This document shows positions 41,106 to 50,164 of a DNA stretch of 56,936 nt, piece by piece. The first letter of the stretch is position 1. Each line of letters begins with the position of its first letter. The stretch covers positions 1 to 56,936 of the forward strand of contig JAUROA010000028.1 of assembly GCA_030835745.1 (NCBI GenBank), written 5' to 3'. The DNA comes from Alphaproteobacteria bacterium. GTDB taxonomy: Bacteria; Pseudomonadota; Alphaproteobacteria; Rickettsiales; UBA1997. Made by a program: the position numbers and the translations under genes. Below the pieces are notes generated by a model that did not search any database, was not told the DNA's origin, and was given only the letters and a program-made list of their open reading frames with translations.

Positions 41106-42641
41106 ATGAATAAATTATTTCTTAAATACATAGTTATAATTTTGTTATTATTTTCATGCTCTAACAATAGAGATAAGCCTATTGATAATGAATTATATAA
41201 TGATGATAAGAGTGCAAAATATACTCTAATTGAAAATAACAAAAAGAAAGAAAGGCAAAAATTTTATAACATTCCAAAAACAACAAAAATTATTACCACC
41301 CCACCTCCTCCAAAAATTGGTGGTGAAAAAAGAATATCATTTGCTGTTACTGATCAAATTCCATTAAAAGATGTATTAATAGAAATTGGCAGGGTGGCTA
41401 AAATTGATGTTGATATTGATCCTGCTATTGACAGCGGTATAATCATCAATGCAGTAAACAGACCTTTAAAAGAAGTTATAGATAGAATTTCAAATTCAGG
41501 AAATTTAAGATATAGTTTTGATAATGGAGTGCTTAGCTTTGTGCGAGACACTCCTTTTTTAAAGAATTACTATGTTGACTATCTTATTGAAGGCAGCCTC
41601 TGGACCGACGTAGAATCAAATATCTCTGCTATAATACAAAGCTCTAATGAAAGACCAAATAATAACGCAAATAACCAAAATGGGGTCACTACCAATAATT
41701 CATCTTTTAGCTCTAATAGATCGGCTGGAATTATAGCTGTATTTGCCACTCTTAAGCAGCATAAAATTATAAGTGAATATCTAAATGCCGTCGAAAAATC
41801 AGCTTCAGCACAAGTGTTAATTGAAGCTAAGATAGTTGAAGTTGAGCTCATAGATGAATTTGAAGCAGGCATTAATTGGTCATACGCTACAACGGATCCG
41901 GAAAAGAGCCTCAACACGGATGCCATAAAACTTGCAGGATCAGTCCTTGAAAATAGAAATAGCTTTAATGTATCATCAATTTTTGGCTCAGACATAAATG
42001 CCACAATATCAGCATTAGAAAGATTTGGTAAAGCCAAAACGCTATCTAGCCCAAGAATAATGGCCATGAACAACCAATTATCCTTACTAAATTTTAGTGA
42101 AAAATTAATATATTTTGAAATAGAATCATCAAATGTCACCTCAACCAATCAAAATCCAAATGTAGTTGAAAGTATTAATTCTGAAGTAAAAGAAAAAGAT
42201 GTTGGAATCAAACTTGAAATAACTCCTTCAATTAACATTAGAACCAAAGAAATAGTGATGAAAATAAAGCCAACAATGGCTATTAATTCAGGACTCTCAA
42301 AAACTGATCCTGCAAGCGATGAAAGCAATCCTAATAAAATACCTATCATAAAATCAAGAGAATTGCAAACTGTGGCCAAGGTTCAAAGCGGCAATGTGAT
42401 TGTTATTGGAGGGCTGATGCAGCAAAAAGAAAGTGATAATAATGTAGGAATTCCATATATATCTAAAATTCCAATTTTAGGCAATGTATTTAAATTTAAA
42501 TCTAACCAATTAGTTACAGTTGAAACTGTAATATTTATTAAAGCAACAATAGTAGAAAGCGGAAGCTCTATAAATAAAAATGATAGAAAATTTGAACAAT
42601 TAATAAACGATACAAGAAGTAATTTTTCTGACCAGATATAA
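41106..42641 (+). CDS. Secretin-family outer-membrane lipoprotein (MshL/PilQ/GspD-like)
   Basis: Lipobox-like LFSC. The N-domains include QVLIEAKIVEVELIDEFEAGINW. The C-terminal secretin core reads SSPRIMAMNNQ...IPIIKSRELQTVAKVQSGNVIVIGGLMQ...GIPYISKIPILGNVFK. Confidence 0.8.
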   Translation: MNKLFLKYIVIILLLFSCSNNRDKPIDNELYNDDKSAKYTLIENNKKKERQKFYNIPKTTKIITTPPPPKIGGEKRISFAVTDQIPLKDVLIEIGRVAKIDVDIDPAIDSGIIINAVNRPLKEVIDRISNSGNLRYSFDNGVLSFVRDTPFLKNYYVDYLIEGSLWTDVESNISAIIQSSNERPNNNANNQNGVTTNNSSFSSNRSAGIIAVFATLKQHKIISEYLNAVEKSASAQVLIEAKIVEVELIDEFEAGINWSYATTDPEKSLNTDAIKLAGSVLENRNSFNVSSIFGSDINATISALERFGKAKTLSSPRIMAMNNQLSLLNFSEKLIYFEIESSNVTSTNQNPNVVESINSEVKEKDVGIKLEITPSINIRTKEIVMKIKPTMAINSGLSKTDPASDESNPNKIPIIKSRELQTVAKVQSGNVIVIGGLMQQKESDNNVGIPYISKIPILGNVFKFKSNQLVTVETVIFIKATIVESGSSINKNDRKFEQLINDTRSNFSDQI

Positions 42642-43403
42642 ATGTTACCAATCATTAAATATATAATTCTAAATGGAGTAAGAGACCGACTATATATTGG
42701 TCTTATGCTGCTTATTATTGCATCAATATCATTGTCAATTGTCATTGGGTCAACTTTTATGATTGAACAAAGGCAAACAACATTAATATTTAGCGCAGCT
42801 GTAACAAGGTTATTTTTCATTATTGGGTTTATTTTATTTGTTTGCATAACGCTTAATAGGAGCTTTGAAAATAAAGAAATAGAATTCATTTTAAGCAAAT
42901 CAATATCGCGCTACAAGATTATCTTAAGCTATATGATTGGATATATATCATCCGCAATCATAATATTGGCTCCTATAATGCTAACATTATATATTATTGC
43001 CAATGTCAATATTCACGGTCTTATTATATGGTCGATTACTATGCTGCTTGAAACTCTAATAGTAATTATTTTCTCTATTGTTGCAGCTCTAATATTAAAT
43101 AATATTTTTACATCAATTTTAGTCACTATCTGCTTTTACACATTATCTAGGATGGTAGGGGTGTTTGTTTTAACAGCTTCTATAGCAGAAAATATTCAAC
43201 AATTTACTAATAATTCAATGATGTCTATGCTAAAGGCTATATCAGTCTTATTTCCAAGAATTGATCTATTCTCACAAAGTGAATGGCTTATATATGGAGT
43301 AAAAAATTTTGATAATTTAGGCATAATAATTATTCAGTCCATTATATATATCACCTTGCTTAGCTTGATGGCCTTCTATGACTTTAAAAGAAAACAATTC
43401 TAG
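42642..43403 (+). CDS. Polytopic inner-membrane protein (~6 TM; ABC-2/NosY-like permease fold suspected)
   Basis: Starts at the base after the secretin stop. About six hydrophobic segments; no ATPase partner nearby. The function call is weak. Confidence 0.55.
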   Translation: MLPIIKYIILNGVRDRLYIGLMLLIIASISLSIVIGSTFMIEQRQTTLIFSAAVTRLFFIIGFILFVCITLNRSFENKEIEFILSKSISRYKIILSYMIGYISSAIIILAPIMLTLYIIANVNIHGLIIWSITMLLETLIVIIFSIVAALILNNIFTSILVTICFYTLSRMVGVFVLTASIAENIQQFTNNSMMSMLKAISVLFPRIDLFSQSEWLIYGVKNFDNLGIIIIQSIIYITLLSLMAFYDFKRKQF

Positions 43404-44187
43404 ATTTGTGACTAAGATAAAATATATTGACGAAAAGATTATCCTTATATTATTCATTTTCGTAGTAATATTTCAAGCTATACTCGCTCTAAAAATAGAT
43501 TATATCAAGCCAAAATATGATCTTATGAAAAACGCCCCAAATGAAAAGTTAGTAAATATAGCTGCACTAGGAGACAAGCAATTCATCTATAGATTGCTAG
43601 CATTTAGAATGCAAAATTCAGGCGATGTTTTTGCAGGTTTTCCACCGCTAAAATATTATAATTATAAAAATTTATATAATTGGATGATGCTGCTTGATAA
43701 ATATGACAGCAAATCAAATGTTGTAGTGCACATAGCTAGCAATTATTACGCAATGAACCAAGATAAAAAGGAATTAATCTATATTATTGACTATATAAGG
43801 CAGCATGCCAATAGAGACTATGAAAATAAATGGCTTTGGTTAATCCAGGCAATAATGATTGCAAAAAAAGATTATAATGATAAAAATTTAGCACTAGAAA
43901 TTGCAAATGAACTTGCCGAAAATAGCACAGATAATATGCCAATCTGGACCAAACAATTTCCAGCCTTTATTTACGAAGATATGGGCAAAAGCTGCATGGC
44001 CTTCTTTGTTATAGAAAATATTATCAATAATTACGAGGCTAAAAATAAAGCTATTTCAGATTTTGAGATGCAATTTATGCAACATTTTATCACTAAAAGA
44101 CTTGATAAACTTAAAAAAGAAAAATTTGACCCAAGAAAATGTCGGAACATACAAAATTATACCAAGAAATCATTAAAAAATCCTTAA
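43378..44187 (+). CDS. Hypothetical N-terminally anchored helical-repeat protein
   Basis: One TM segment (IILILFIFVVIFQAILAL) followed by about 220 aa that look helical or TPR-like. Overlaps both neighbours. Confidence 0.5.
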   Translation: MTLKENNSRFVTKIKYIDEKIILILFIFVVIFQAILALKIDYIKPKYDLMKNAPNEKLVNIAALGDKQFIYRLLAFRMQNSGDVFAGFPPLKYYNYKNLYNWMMLLDKYDSKSNVVVHIASNYYAMNQDKKELIYIIDYIRQHANRDYENKWLWLIQAIMIAKKDYNDKNLALEIANELAENSTDNMPIWTKQFPAFIYEDMGKSCMAFFVIENIINNYEAKNKAISDFEMQFMQHFITKRLDKLKKEKFDPRKCRNIQNYTKKSLKNP

Positions 44188-44987
44188 TTGAAGATCATTT
44201 TAATAATGACATAACTTCTGATTGCTGCATTAAAGATAAAAATATTAATTTTAAATTAACAGCAAAGGAAGATATCATTTTATGCGCAGCCAATATTGCT
44301 CAAGATACATTTGATATAATTAAAAAGGATAAAAAGTTTCAGGATTGCTCTTTTACCATATCAAAAATAAAAAAAGATGGCGATCAAATTAAAAAAGGCC
44401 AAATAATATGCATGGGTAGCGGCAGTGCAAAGCTGATACTGGCCGGAGAAAGAGTGCTACTTAATATAATGCAGCATTTAAGCGGCATAGCAACTAAAAC
44501 TAATAAATATATTACAAAACTAAATAACGCTAAAATAAAAATTAGCGACACTAGAAAAACTATACCATTACTTAGAAACCTACAAAAATATGCTGTAAAA
44601 ATAGGAGGGGGATTTAATCATAGAAAAAATTTATCACAAGCAATTCTAATAAAAGATAATCATATTGCAATTTGTGGCGATATAACAACTACATTAAAAC
44701 AGTTCAAAAACAAAATTATAGAAATTGAATGCGACAATATTGATCAAGTAAAGCAAGCAATACCTTTTAATCCACAAATTATAATGCTTGATAATATGAA
44801 TATCGACAATATTGACAAATGCACAAAATTAATCAGAAGCAATTGCCCAAAAACTAAAATTGAAATATCAGGCGGAATAGTAATTGATAATATTGAGCAA
44901 TATAGCAATCTTGATATCGATTATATATCAATTGGCGACTTAACACATTCAGTCAAGGCCTGCGACATATCATTAGAAATATGCTAG
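44139..44987 (+). CDS. nadC: Nicotinate-nucleotide pyrophosphorylase (quinolinate phosphoribosyltransferase)
   Basis: N-terminal ...SLIEDHFNNDITS, KIGGGFNHR and IMLDNM; 282 aa. Confidence 0.85.
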   Translation: MSEHTKLYQEIIKKSLIEDHFNNDITSDCCIKDKNINFKLTAKEDIILCAANIAQDTFDIIKKDKKFQDCSFTISKIKKDGDQIKKGQIICMGSGSAKLILAGERVLLNIMQHLSGIATKTNKYITKLNNAKIKISDTRKTIPLLRNLQKYAVKIGGGFNHRKNLSQAILIKDNHIAICGDITTTLKQFKNKIIEIECDNIDQVKQAIPFNPQIIMLDNMNIDNIDKCTKLIRSNCPKTKIEISGGIVIDNIEQYSNLDIDYISIGDLTHSVKACDISLEIC

Positions 44988-45721
44988 ATCAAACACGATA
45001 TATAAGAAATATTATTATCGATGAAATTGGAATTAATGGACAAAAAAAACTAACTCAAGCCAATATTTTAGTGATTGGAGCCGGAGGGCTAGGGTCAAGT
45101 GCAATATTATATCTTGCAGCCAATGGTGTTGGCAATATAACTATCATGGATAATGATAAGGTGGAGATATCAAATCTTCAAAGGCAAATTATTCATAATG
45201 AAGAAAATCTTAACCAACTAAAAGTTGACAGCGCCAAGGAAAAAATATCACTATTAAATAATAATATTAATATTAGCACCTTAAAAGACAAAGCTAATAA
45301 ATATAATTTATCGAAAATTATAAATGAGTTTGATATTGTAATTGACTGCAGCGATAATTTTCCTACAAGATTTGACATTAATGAAACCTGCTTCAAAAAT
45401 AACAAAACATTAATATTTGGTGCCGTAAAAGAATTTTATGGACAATTATCAATTTTCAAACCATCGCTAAATAATGCCTGCTATAATTGCTTTAATGAAG
45501 ATAATATATATAAAAGAAAAAAAATTGACTTGAAGGATAAAGGAATTTTAGGGTCTGTTCCTGGAATTATGGGATCTATGCAAGCCACAATAGCAATTAA
45601 CGAAATATTGTCAATTAATGACTTTAAGCCAAATAATATCTTATTATGCGACTTCTTAAGATTTTCTTTTAAAATGGTTAAAATTTCAAAAAATCCATCT
45701 TGCAAAATATGTAATGGCTAA
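44981..45721 (+). CDS. ThiF/MoeB/HesA-family adenylyltransferase
   Basis: Nucleotide-binding motif VIGAGGLGS and two CxxC pairs (CYNC, CKIC). Confidence 0.75.
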   Translation: MLDQTRYIRNIIIDEIGINGQKKLTQANILVIGAGGLGSSAILYLAANGVGNITIMDNDKVEISNLQRQIIHNEENLNQLKVDSAKEKISLLNNNINISTLKDKANKYNLSKIINEFDIVIDCSDNFPTRFDINETCFKNNKTLIFGAVKEFYGQLSIFKPSLNNACYNCFNEDNIYKRKKIDLKDKGILGSVPGIMGSMQATIAINEILSINDFKPNNILLCDFLRFSFKMVKISKNPSCKICNG

Positions 45722-45803
45722 ATATATTTATTAATTATAAATATACAAAAGACTTATAATAATCATTTTGTAGTGCATATTTTGTACTTTATATATAATT
45801 TAT

Positions 45804-45877
45804 GCGGGTGTAGCTCAATGGTAGAGCCCCAGCCTTCCAAGCTGGTCGTGAGGGTTCGATTCCCTTCACCCGCTCCA
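45804..45877 (+). tRNA. tRNA-Gly (anticodon UCC), CCA encoded
   Basis: Acceptor GCGGGTG/CACCCGC, anticodon stem-loop CCAGC-CTTCCAA-GCTGG, T loop TTCGATT, discriminator U. Confidence 0.9.
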
Positions 45878-47149
45878 TGAATCAATATTTAATATATTTG
45901 CAATTGCTTGAGCCTTGTGATATATCTCCTCAAGCTCTTTTGTGGCAACTGAATCATGAGTTATTGCTCCTCCAACCTGAAATTCATAACTTTTCTCATC
46001 TATTATTAATGTTCTAATTACCACTGATAATTTCATCATATCTTGTCCAATAATTCCTATTGAACCACTATAGATTCCTCTTGCTACTTTTTCACTTTGC
46101 TTAATTTTATTCATCGCGGCAATCTTTGGGGCACCAGTCATTGAACCTGGAGGAAAAGCCTTTATGATGACATCTTTATAATTTTTACAATTTTTTAACA
46201 CTCCTGATATCTCGGAAGACATGTGATAAAGTAATTTATAAGAATCAATGCTAAATAATTTATTTACTTTAACTGAATTTGGATTACATATAGTAGATAA
46301 ATCATTTCTTACCAAATCGACAATCATCAAATTTTCTGCCCTCTCTTTGTGGCTATTTTGCAAATATTCCATATTTTTTTTATCTTTTTTTTGATCTGAT
46401 CTCCTATTAATAGTGCCTTTAATTGGTCTTGAGATAATATTTTTGTCACTAGCTTGAAGGAATAATTCAGGGCTTGATGATAAAATGATCTTCTTATCAA
46501 TTGTAATAAATGCAGAATAATTTGCTGGACTAATATGACATAATTTTACAAAATTATGATATAAATTATCTTTACCATAGCCGCTAACAAGTTTTCCATA
46601 AAATTTTCTTGTTAAATTAACCTGATAAAAATCTCCATTGCCAATTCTTTTTTTTATATCATTTATAGCATTGATATATGATTGGTCAGAAAAATTTGAA
46701 CTCAAATCACAAGATCTTATATCTTGCACTACATCCCTTTTCTTTTTAGCAATTAATGACAAAAAAAGCTTAAAGTCATTTTTATTATCATAATAAATTT
46801 TTAACCTTTTATCATCATGGTCAAATTCAGCATTTAAGGCAAAATCAGAAATTATTACGTTACAAAAATCAATATGAGATTGATGATTAGAGGCAATAAT
46901 ATCTTCAGCGTTAGACTCATAGCTAATTAACGCCAATTTATTGCCATGTTGAAATTTAAAATTAGGCAATTGCATTATATTATTATAATGCTTTTTATCT
47001 CTTAAAAAAAGCCCAATATATGATTTAGAGCCTTTAAATTGGTCATGTAAAGCAGAATATAATAAATAAAAATCATCATCATAATTTTGAGAAATCTTAT
47101 AACCAACTTCTATTGGCTCAATCCACTTTATTTCTTTGCAATATATCAT
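45866..47149 (-). CDS. pabB: Aminodeoxychorismate synthase component I
   Basis: Chorismate-binding motifs PGSMTGAPK and GIYSGSIG. 427 aa; adjacent to a class-IV aminotransferase-fold gene. Confidence 0.7.
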   Translation of the reverse strand: MIYCKEIKWIEPIEVGYKISQNYDDDFYLLYSALHDQFKGSKSYIGLFLRDKKHYNNIMQLPNFKFQHGNKLALISYESNAEDIIASNHQSHIDFCNVIISDFALNAEFDHDDKRLKIYYDNKNDFKLFLSLIAKKKRDVVQDIRSCDLSSNFSDQSYINAINDIKKRIGNGDFYQVNLTRKFYGKLVSGYGKDNLYHNFVKLCHISPANYSAFITIDKKIILSSSPELFLQASDKNIISRPIKGTINRRSDQKKDKKNMEYLQNSHKERAENLMIVDLVRNDLSTICNPNSVKVNKLFSIDSYKLLYHMSSEISGVLKNCKNYKDVIIKAFPPGSMTGAPKIAAMNKIKQSEKVARGIYSGSIGIIGQDMMKLSVVIRTLIIDEKSYEFQVGGAITHDSVATKELEEIYHKAQAIANILNIDSWSG

Positions 47150-48016
47150 TTAATTAAAAGCATTTTCCTTTATATATTGACCAATATTATTGCCTTTTAA
47201 ATTTATTATTTTTTTATTAATGACAATTTTACTAATATTTCTTAATAAATAAGATGAATTTGAAATAAAGCATTCATCACAATCTTGAAGGTCTTCTAAA
47301 TAGAACTCTCCTTGAATTAGCTCTAAATCTTTGTGATTATTAATATACTGAATTACTCTTTGTCTTTTTGTACCATTAAGAAGTCCACAACCTAAACTAG
47401 ATGTATATATTGCACGCCCCTTAACCCAAAATATATTGGCAGAACTTGTTTCGCAAATTTGCTCTTTCTCATTAAGTAATATATTGTCATCAAATTGATT
47501 ATTTTTTGCCTCTATTTTTGCCAAAATATAATTAATGCTATTAGCCGTCTTATAAAATGAAGTTATTGCTCTTGAATATAACAAAACATCTTTACTAACT
47601 CCCAATATTAATTCTTTGTTGTCAGGAATAGAAATATCTCTGGCCTGAATTACAATTAATGGAGTAACTTTTTCTAATGGCAAATATCCAGCAGAACCCT
47701 CACCCCTACTAATTGATATACGCAAAAGTCCTTGGTCAATTTTATTCTTACCAATTAATCTATAGCTATCCTCTTTAATCTTATCAAGATTGACATTTAT
47801 TTTAAGAAGATTGAGAGTTTTTGATAGTCTTTGAATATGAAGATCAAAATCTAATATTTTTTTATTTATGTGACATGTTTCAAAAGCCCCATCACCAAAC
47901 ATGAAACCTCTATCTTGAACAGAAATTTTAGCATCGCTTGATAAAATAATTTTTGAATTTATGCAAGAATATTTATAAATCATAATAATATTATTTACAT
48001 GACAATATTGCATCAA
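47150..48016 (-). CDS. pabC: Aminodeoxychorismate lyase (class IV aminotransferase fold)
   Basis: Motif DRGFMFGDGAFET. Abuts pabB with zero gap. The start codon is uncertain (an alternative Met lies 11 codons in). Confidence 0.6.
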   Translation of the reverse strand: MMQYCHVNNIIMIYKYSCINSKIILSSDAKISVQDRGFMFGDGAFETCHINKKILDFDLHIQRLSKTLNLLKINVNLDKIKEDSYRLIGKNKIDQGLLRISISRGEGSAGYLPLEKVTPLIVIQARDISIPDNKELILGVSKDVLLYSRAITSFYKTANSINYILAKIEAKNNQFDDNILLNEKEQICETSSANIFWVKGRAIYTSSLGCGLLNGTKRQRVIQYINNHKDLELIQGEFYLEDLQDCDECFISNSSYLLRNISKIVINKKIINLKGNNIGQYIKENAFN

Positions 48017-48079
48017 TATTTACCTTTAACAATTTTATATTATTTAATAAAAAGCTTAATGAAAGACAAATTTTAAATT

Positions 48080-49843
48080 ATGAAAGATTTTTTTAGTAAA
48101 TTAATATTAAAAATAATAAAATATACTATATTCATTGCCATCTGGCTTGGTGTTGCCTGCTTTGTAATAGTCTTAATTTACATGCATGATCTTCCAAATT
48201 TATCTCAAATAAATAGTAATAATAATCAAAATATTGTTGAAGTAAGATATTCAAATAATAATTTAATTGCAACATATGGCAAAGAAAATATTGACGAAGT
48301 GGACTTTAAAGATCTTCCTCAAAATTTAATAAATGCTGTCATATCAATTGAAGATAGAAGGTTTTACGAACATTATGGTATTGACTTTTTGTCTATTTTG
48401 CGCGCTGCTTACATTAATCAAAAAAAAGGCTATATTGCACAAGGAGCAAGCACGGTTACTCAGCAATTAGCAAAGATGTTATTTTTAGATTCAAACAAAA
48501 CATTTAAAAGAAAGGTACAAGAAATATTATTGGCAATTCAAATTGAAAAAAAATTTACCAAAAATCAAATTTTAACAATGTATCTCAATAAAGCATATTT
48601 TGGATCGGGTAATTATGGCGTTAAAAATGCTGCTAGAAGTTATTTTCAAAAAAATATCTCAGAAATAAATCTTAATGAATCGGCAATTTTAGCCTCTATA
48701 TTAAAAGCTCCATCAAAATTGTCTCCTAAAGTCAATAAATCTCTTGTTGAAGATAGGGCCAATTTAGTGCTTAAAAATATGATTGAATATGGCCATCTTG
48801 ATGAATCTCATATTGCACAAATTGCAGAAAATCCTGATTATAAAAATGATAGCGGTCAAAGATATTATTTCTCAGATCTAATTTATAAAAATTACCAAGA
48901 TTTTATATCATATGACGAAACTGTTGGAAAAATTTCTATAACCACAACTTTAGACGAGCAAATTCAAGCTATAACATCCGATGTTTTAACAAATTTTATC
49001 AATTCTTATAAGTCAAAACTAGGCTCGTCACAAATTGCTGCACTTATCATGGATTATGAGGGCAGGGTAGTTGCAATTATTGGCGGCAAAGATTATCAAT
49101 CTAGTCAATTTAATAGAGCCTTCTTTGCCAGAAGGCAGGCTGGATCTCTATTTAAAACTTTTATTTACCTATGCGCATTTGAAAATAATTACAATATTCA
49201 TGATATTTACATTGATAAAAAAATTCAGCTCAGCAATTGGCTGCCAAGCAATTATAATGACAAATATTACGGTAAAGTTGATCTAAAATTTGCTTTTGCT
49301 AAATCACTAAACTCAGTTTCAATTCAATTAGCTCGAGAGCTAACTTTAAGTAAAATCAATCTATTGTTAAATAAATTTGGCATTGAGACTACCAATCAAG
49401 AAGATTTAACAATTGCTCTTGGCTCTCCTTCTGTAACCCTATATGATATAGTAGGATCATATTCAATAATTGCCAATAAGGGGTATTACAACATGCCAAG
49501 TTATATTGATGAAATTAGCCTTGATAACAATATTTTATATAAGAAATTTGGCTCTAAAATTGGACCAATCATCTCACAGAAATCAGCACAAAATATTGAT
49601 ATTCTTTTAAAAAATGCTGTAAAAAATGGAACAGGTATAAGAGCATTTTTAGCAAATAATAATATTAGAGGCAAAACCGGAACAAGCCAAGATTACAGAG
49701 ATGCTTGGTTTGTTGGCTATAGTAATAATTATATAGTTGGCGTCTGGATAGGAAATGATAATTACATGCCAACAAATAAAATTTTTGGCGGCAATTTACC
49801 AGCTATTTTATTTGCTGATATTATTGACAAAATAGATAATTAA
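48080..49843 (+). CDS. mrcA: Class A penicillin-binding protein (glycosyltransferase + transpeptidase)
   Basis: GT51 motifs EDRRFYEHYGID and GASTVTQQLAK. Transpeptidase motifs SLFK (SxxK), SLN and KTGTS. N-terminal TM anchor. Confidence 0.85.
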   Translation: MKDFFSKLILKIIKYTIFIAIWLGVACFVIVLIYMHDLPNLSQINSNNNQNIVEVRYSNNNLIATYGKENIDEVDFKDLPQNLINAVISIEDRRFYEHYGIDFLSILRAAYINQKKGYIAQGASTVTQQLAKMLFLDSNKTFKRKVQEILLAIQIEKKFTKNQILTMYLNKAYFGSGNYGVKNAARSYFQKNISEINLNESAILASILKAPSKLSPKVNKSLVEDRANLVLKNMIEYGHLDESHIAQIAENPDYKNDSGQRYYFSDLIYKNYQDFISYDETVGKISITTTLDEQIQAITSDVLTNFINSYKSKLGSSQIAALIMDYEGRVVAIIGGKDYQSSQFNRAFFARRQAGSLFKTFIYLCAFENNYNIHDIYIDKKIQLSNWLPSNYNDKYYGKVDLKFAFAKSLNSVSIQLARELTLSKINLLLNKFGIETTNQEDLTIALGSPSVTLYDIVGSYSIIANKGYYNMPSYIDEISLDNNILYKKFGSKIGPIISQKSAQNIDILLKNAVKNGTGIRAFLANNNIRGKTGTSQDYRDAWFVGYSNNYIVGVWIGNDNYMPTNKIFGGNLPAILFADIIDKIDN

Positions 49844-49875
49844 TTTAGAATCAGTAAATAATAGTAATTTTGCAA

Positions 49876-49952
49876 GGGTTTGTAGCTCAGCTGGTTAGAG
49901 TGCGCGCCTGATAAGTGCGAGGTCGGTGGTTCAAGTCCACCCAGACCCACCA
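49876..49952 (+). tRNA. tRNA-Ile (anticodon GAU), CCA encoded, not in an rRNA spacer
   Basis: Nearly identical in layout to E. coli tRNA-Ile(GAU): anticodon stem-loop CGCGC-CTGATAA-GTGCG and T arm GGTGG-TTCAAGT-CCACC. Confidence 0.9.
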
Positions 49953-50055
49953 TTGCCATTAATTATTAAATAGTAACGAAAGATAATTTCAATAAACTAA
50001 TTTATTATATAAACCAGAAATTATTAATATCTATAATTTCCCCCTATTGAGTTAT

Positions 50056-50142
50056 GCCTGCGTGATGGAATTGGTAGACATAACGGACTTAAAATCCGTG
50101 GGGCATTAGCCCTTGCCGGTTCAAGTCCGGCCGCAGGTACCA
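50056..50142 (+). tRNA. tRNA-Leu (anticodon UAA), CCA encoded
   Basis: Anticodon stem-loop ACGGA-CTTAAAA-TCCGT, long variable arm, T arm GCCGG-TTCAAGT-CCGGC. Pair 1-72 is G-U. Confidence 0.85.
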
Positions 50143-50164
50143 TTTTATTATAATAGCTTTATTA

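Noticed and set aside
41579-42898. Three collinear antisense ORFs (189, 76 and 171 aa) form a 440-codon frame with only two stops, opposite the secretin gene and the start of the next gene. Similar long antisense ORFs lie in lpdA (10982-11527), znuB (15739-16086), pyrB (24647-24961) and dadA (7185-7490).
   Set aside because: I worked out for the secretin case that the antisense frame is offset so its codons pair with sense positions 3-1-2. In that frame a stop needs a sense NNY-TAN or NNT-CAN junction, so it is intrinsically open. The translations are low-complexity and hydrophobic with no motifs, and the sense genes carry strong family signatures. These are spurious shadow ORFs.
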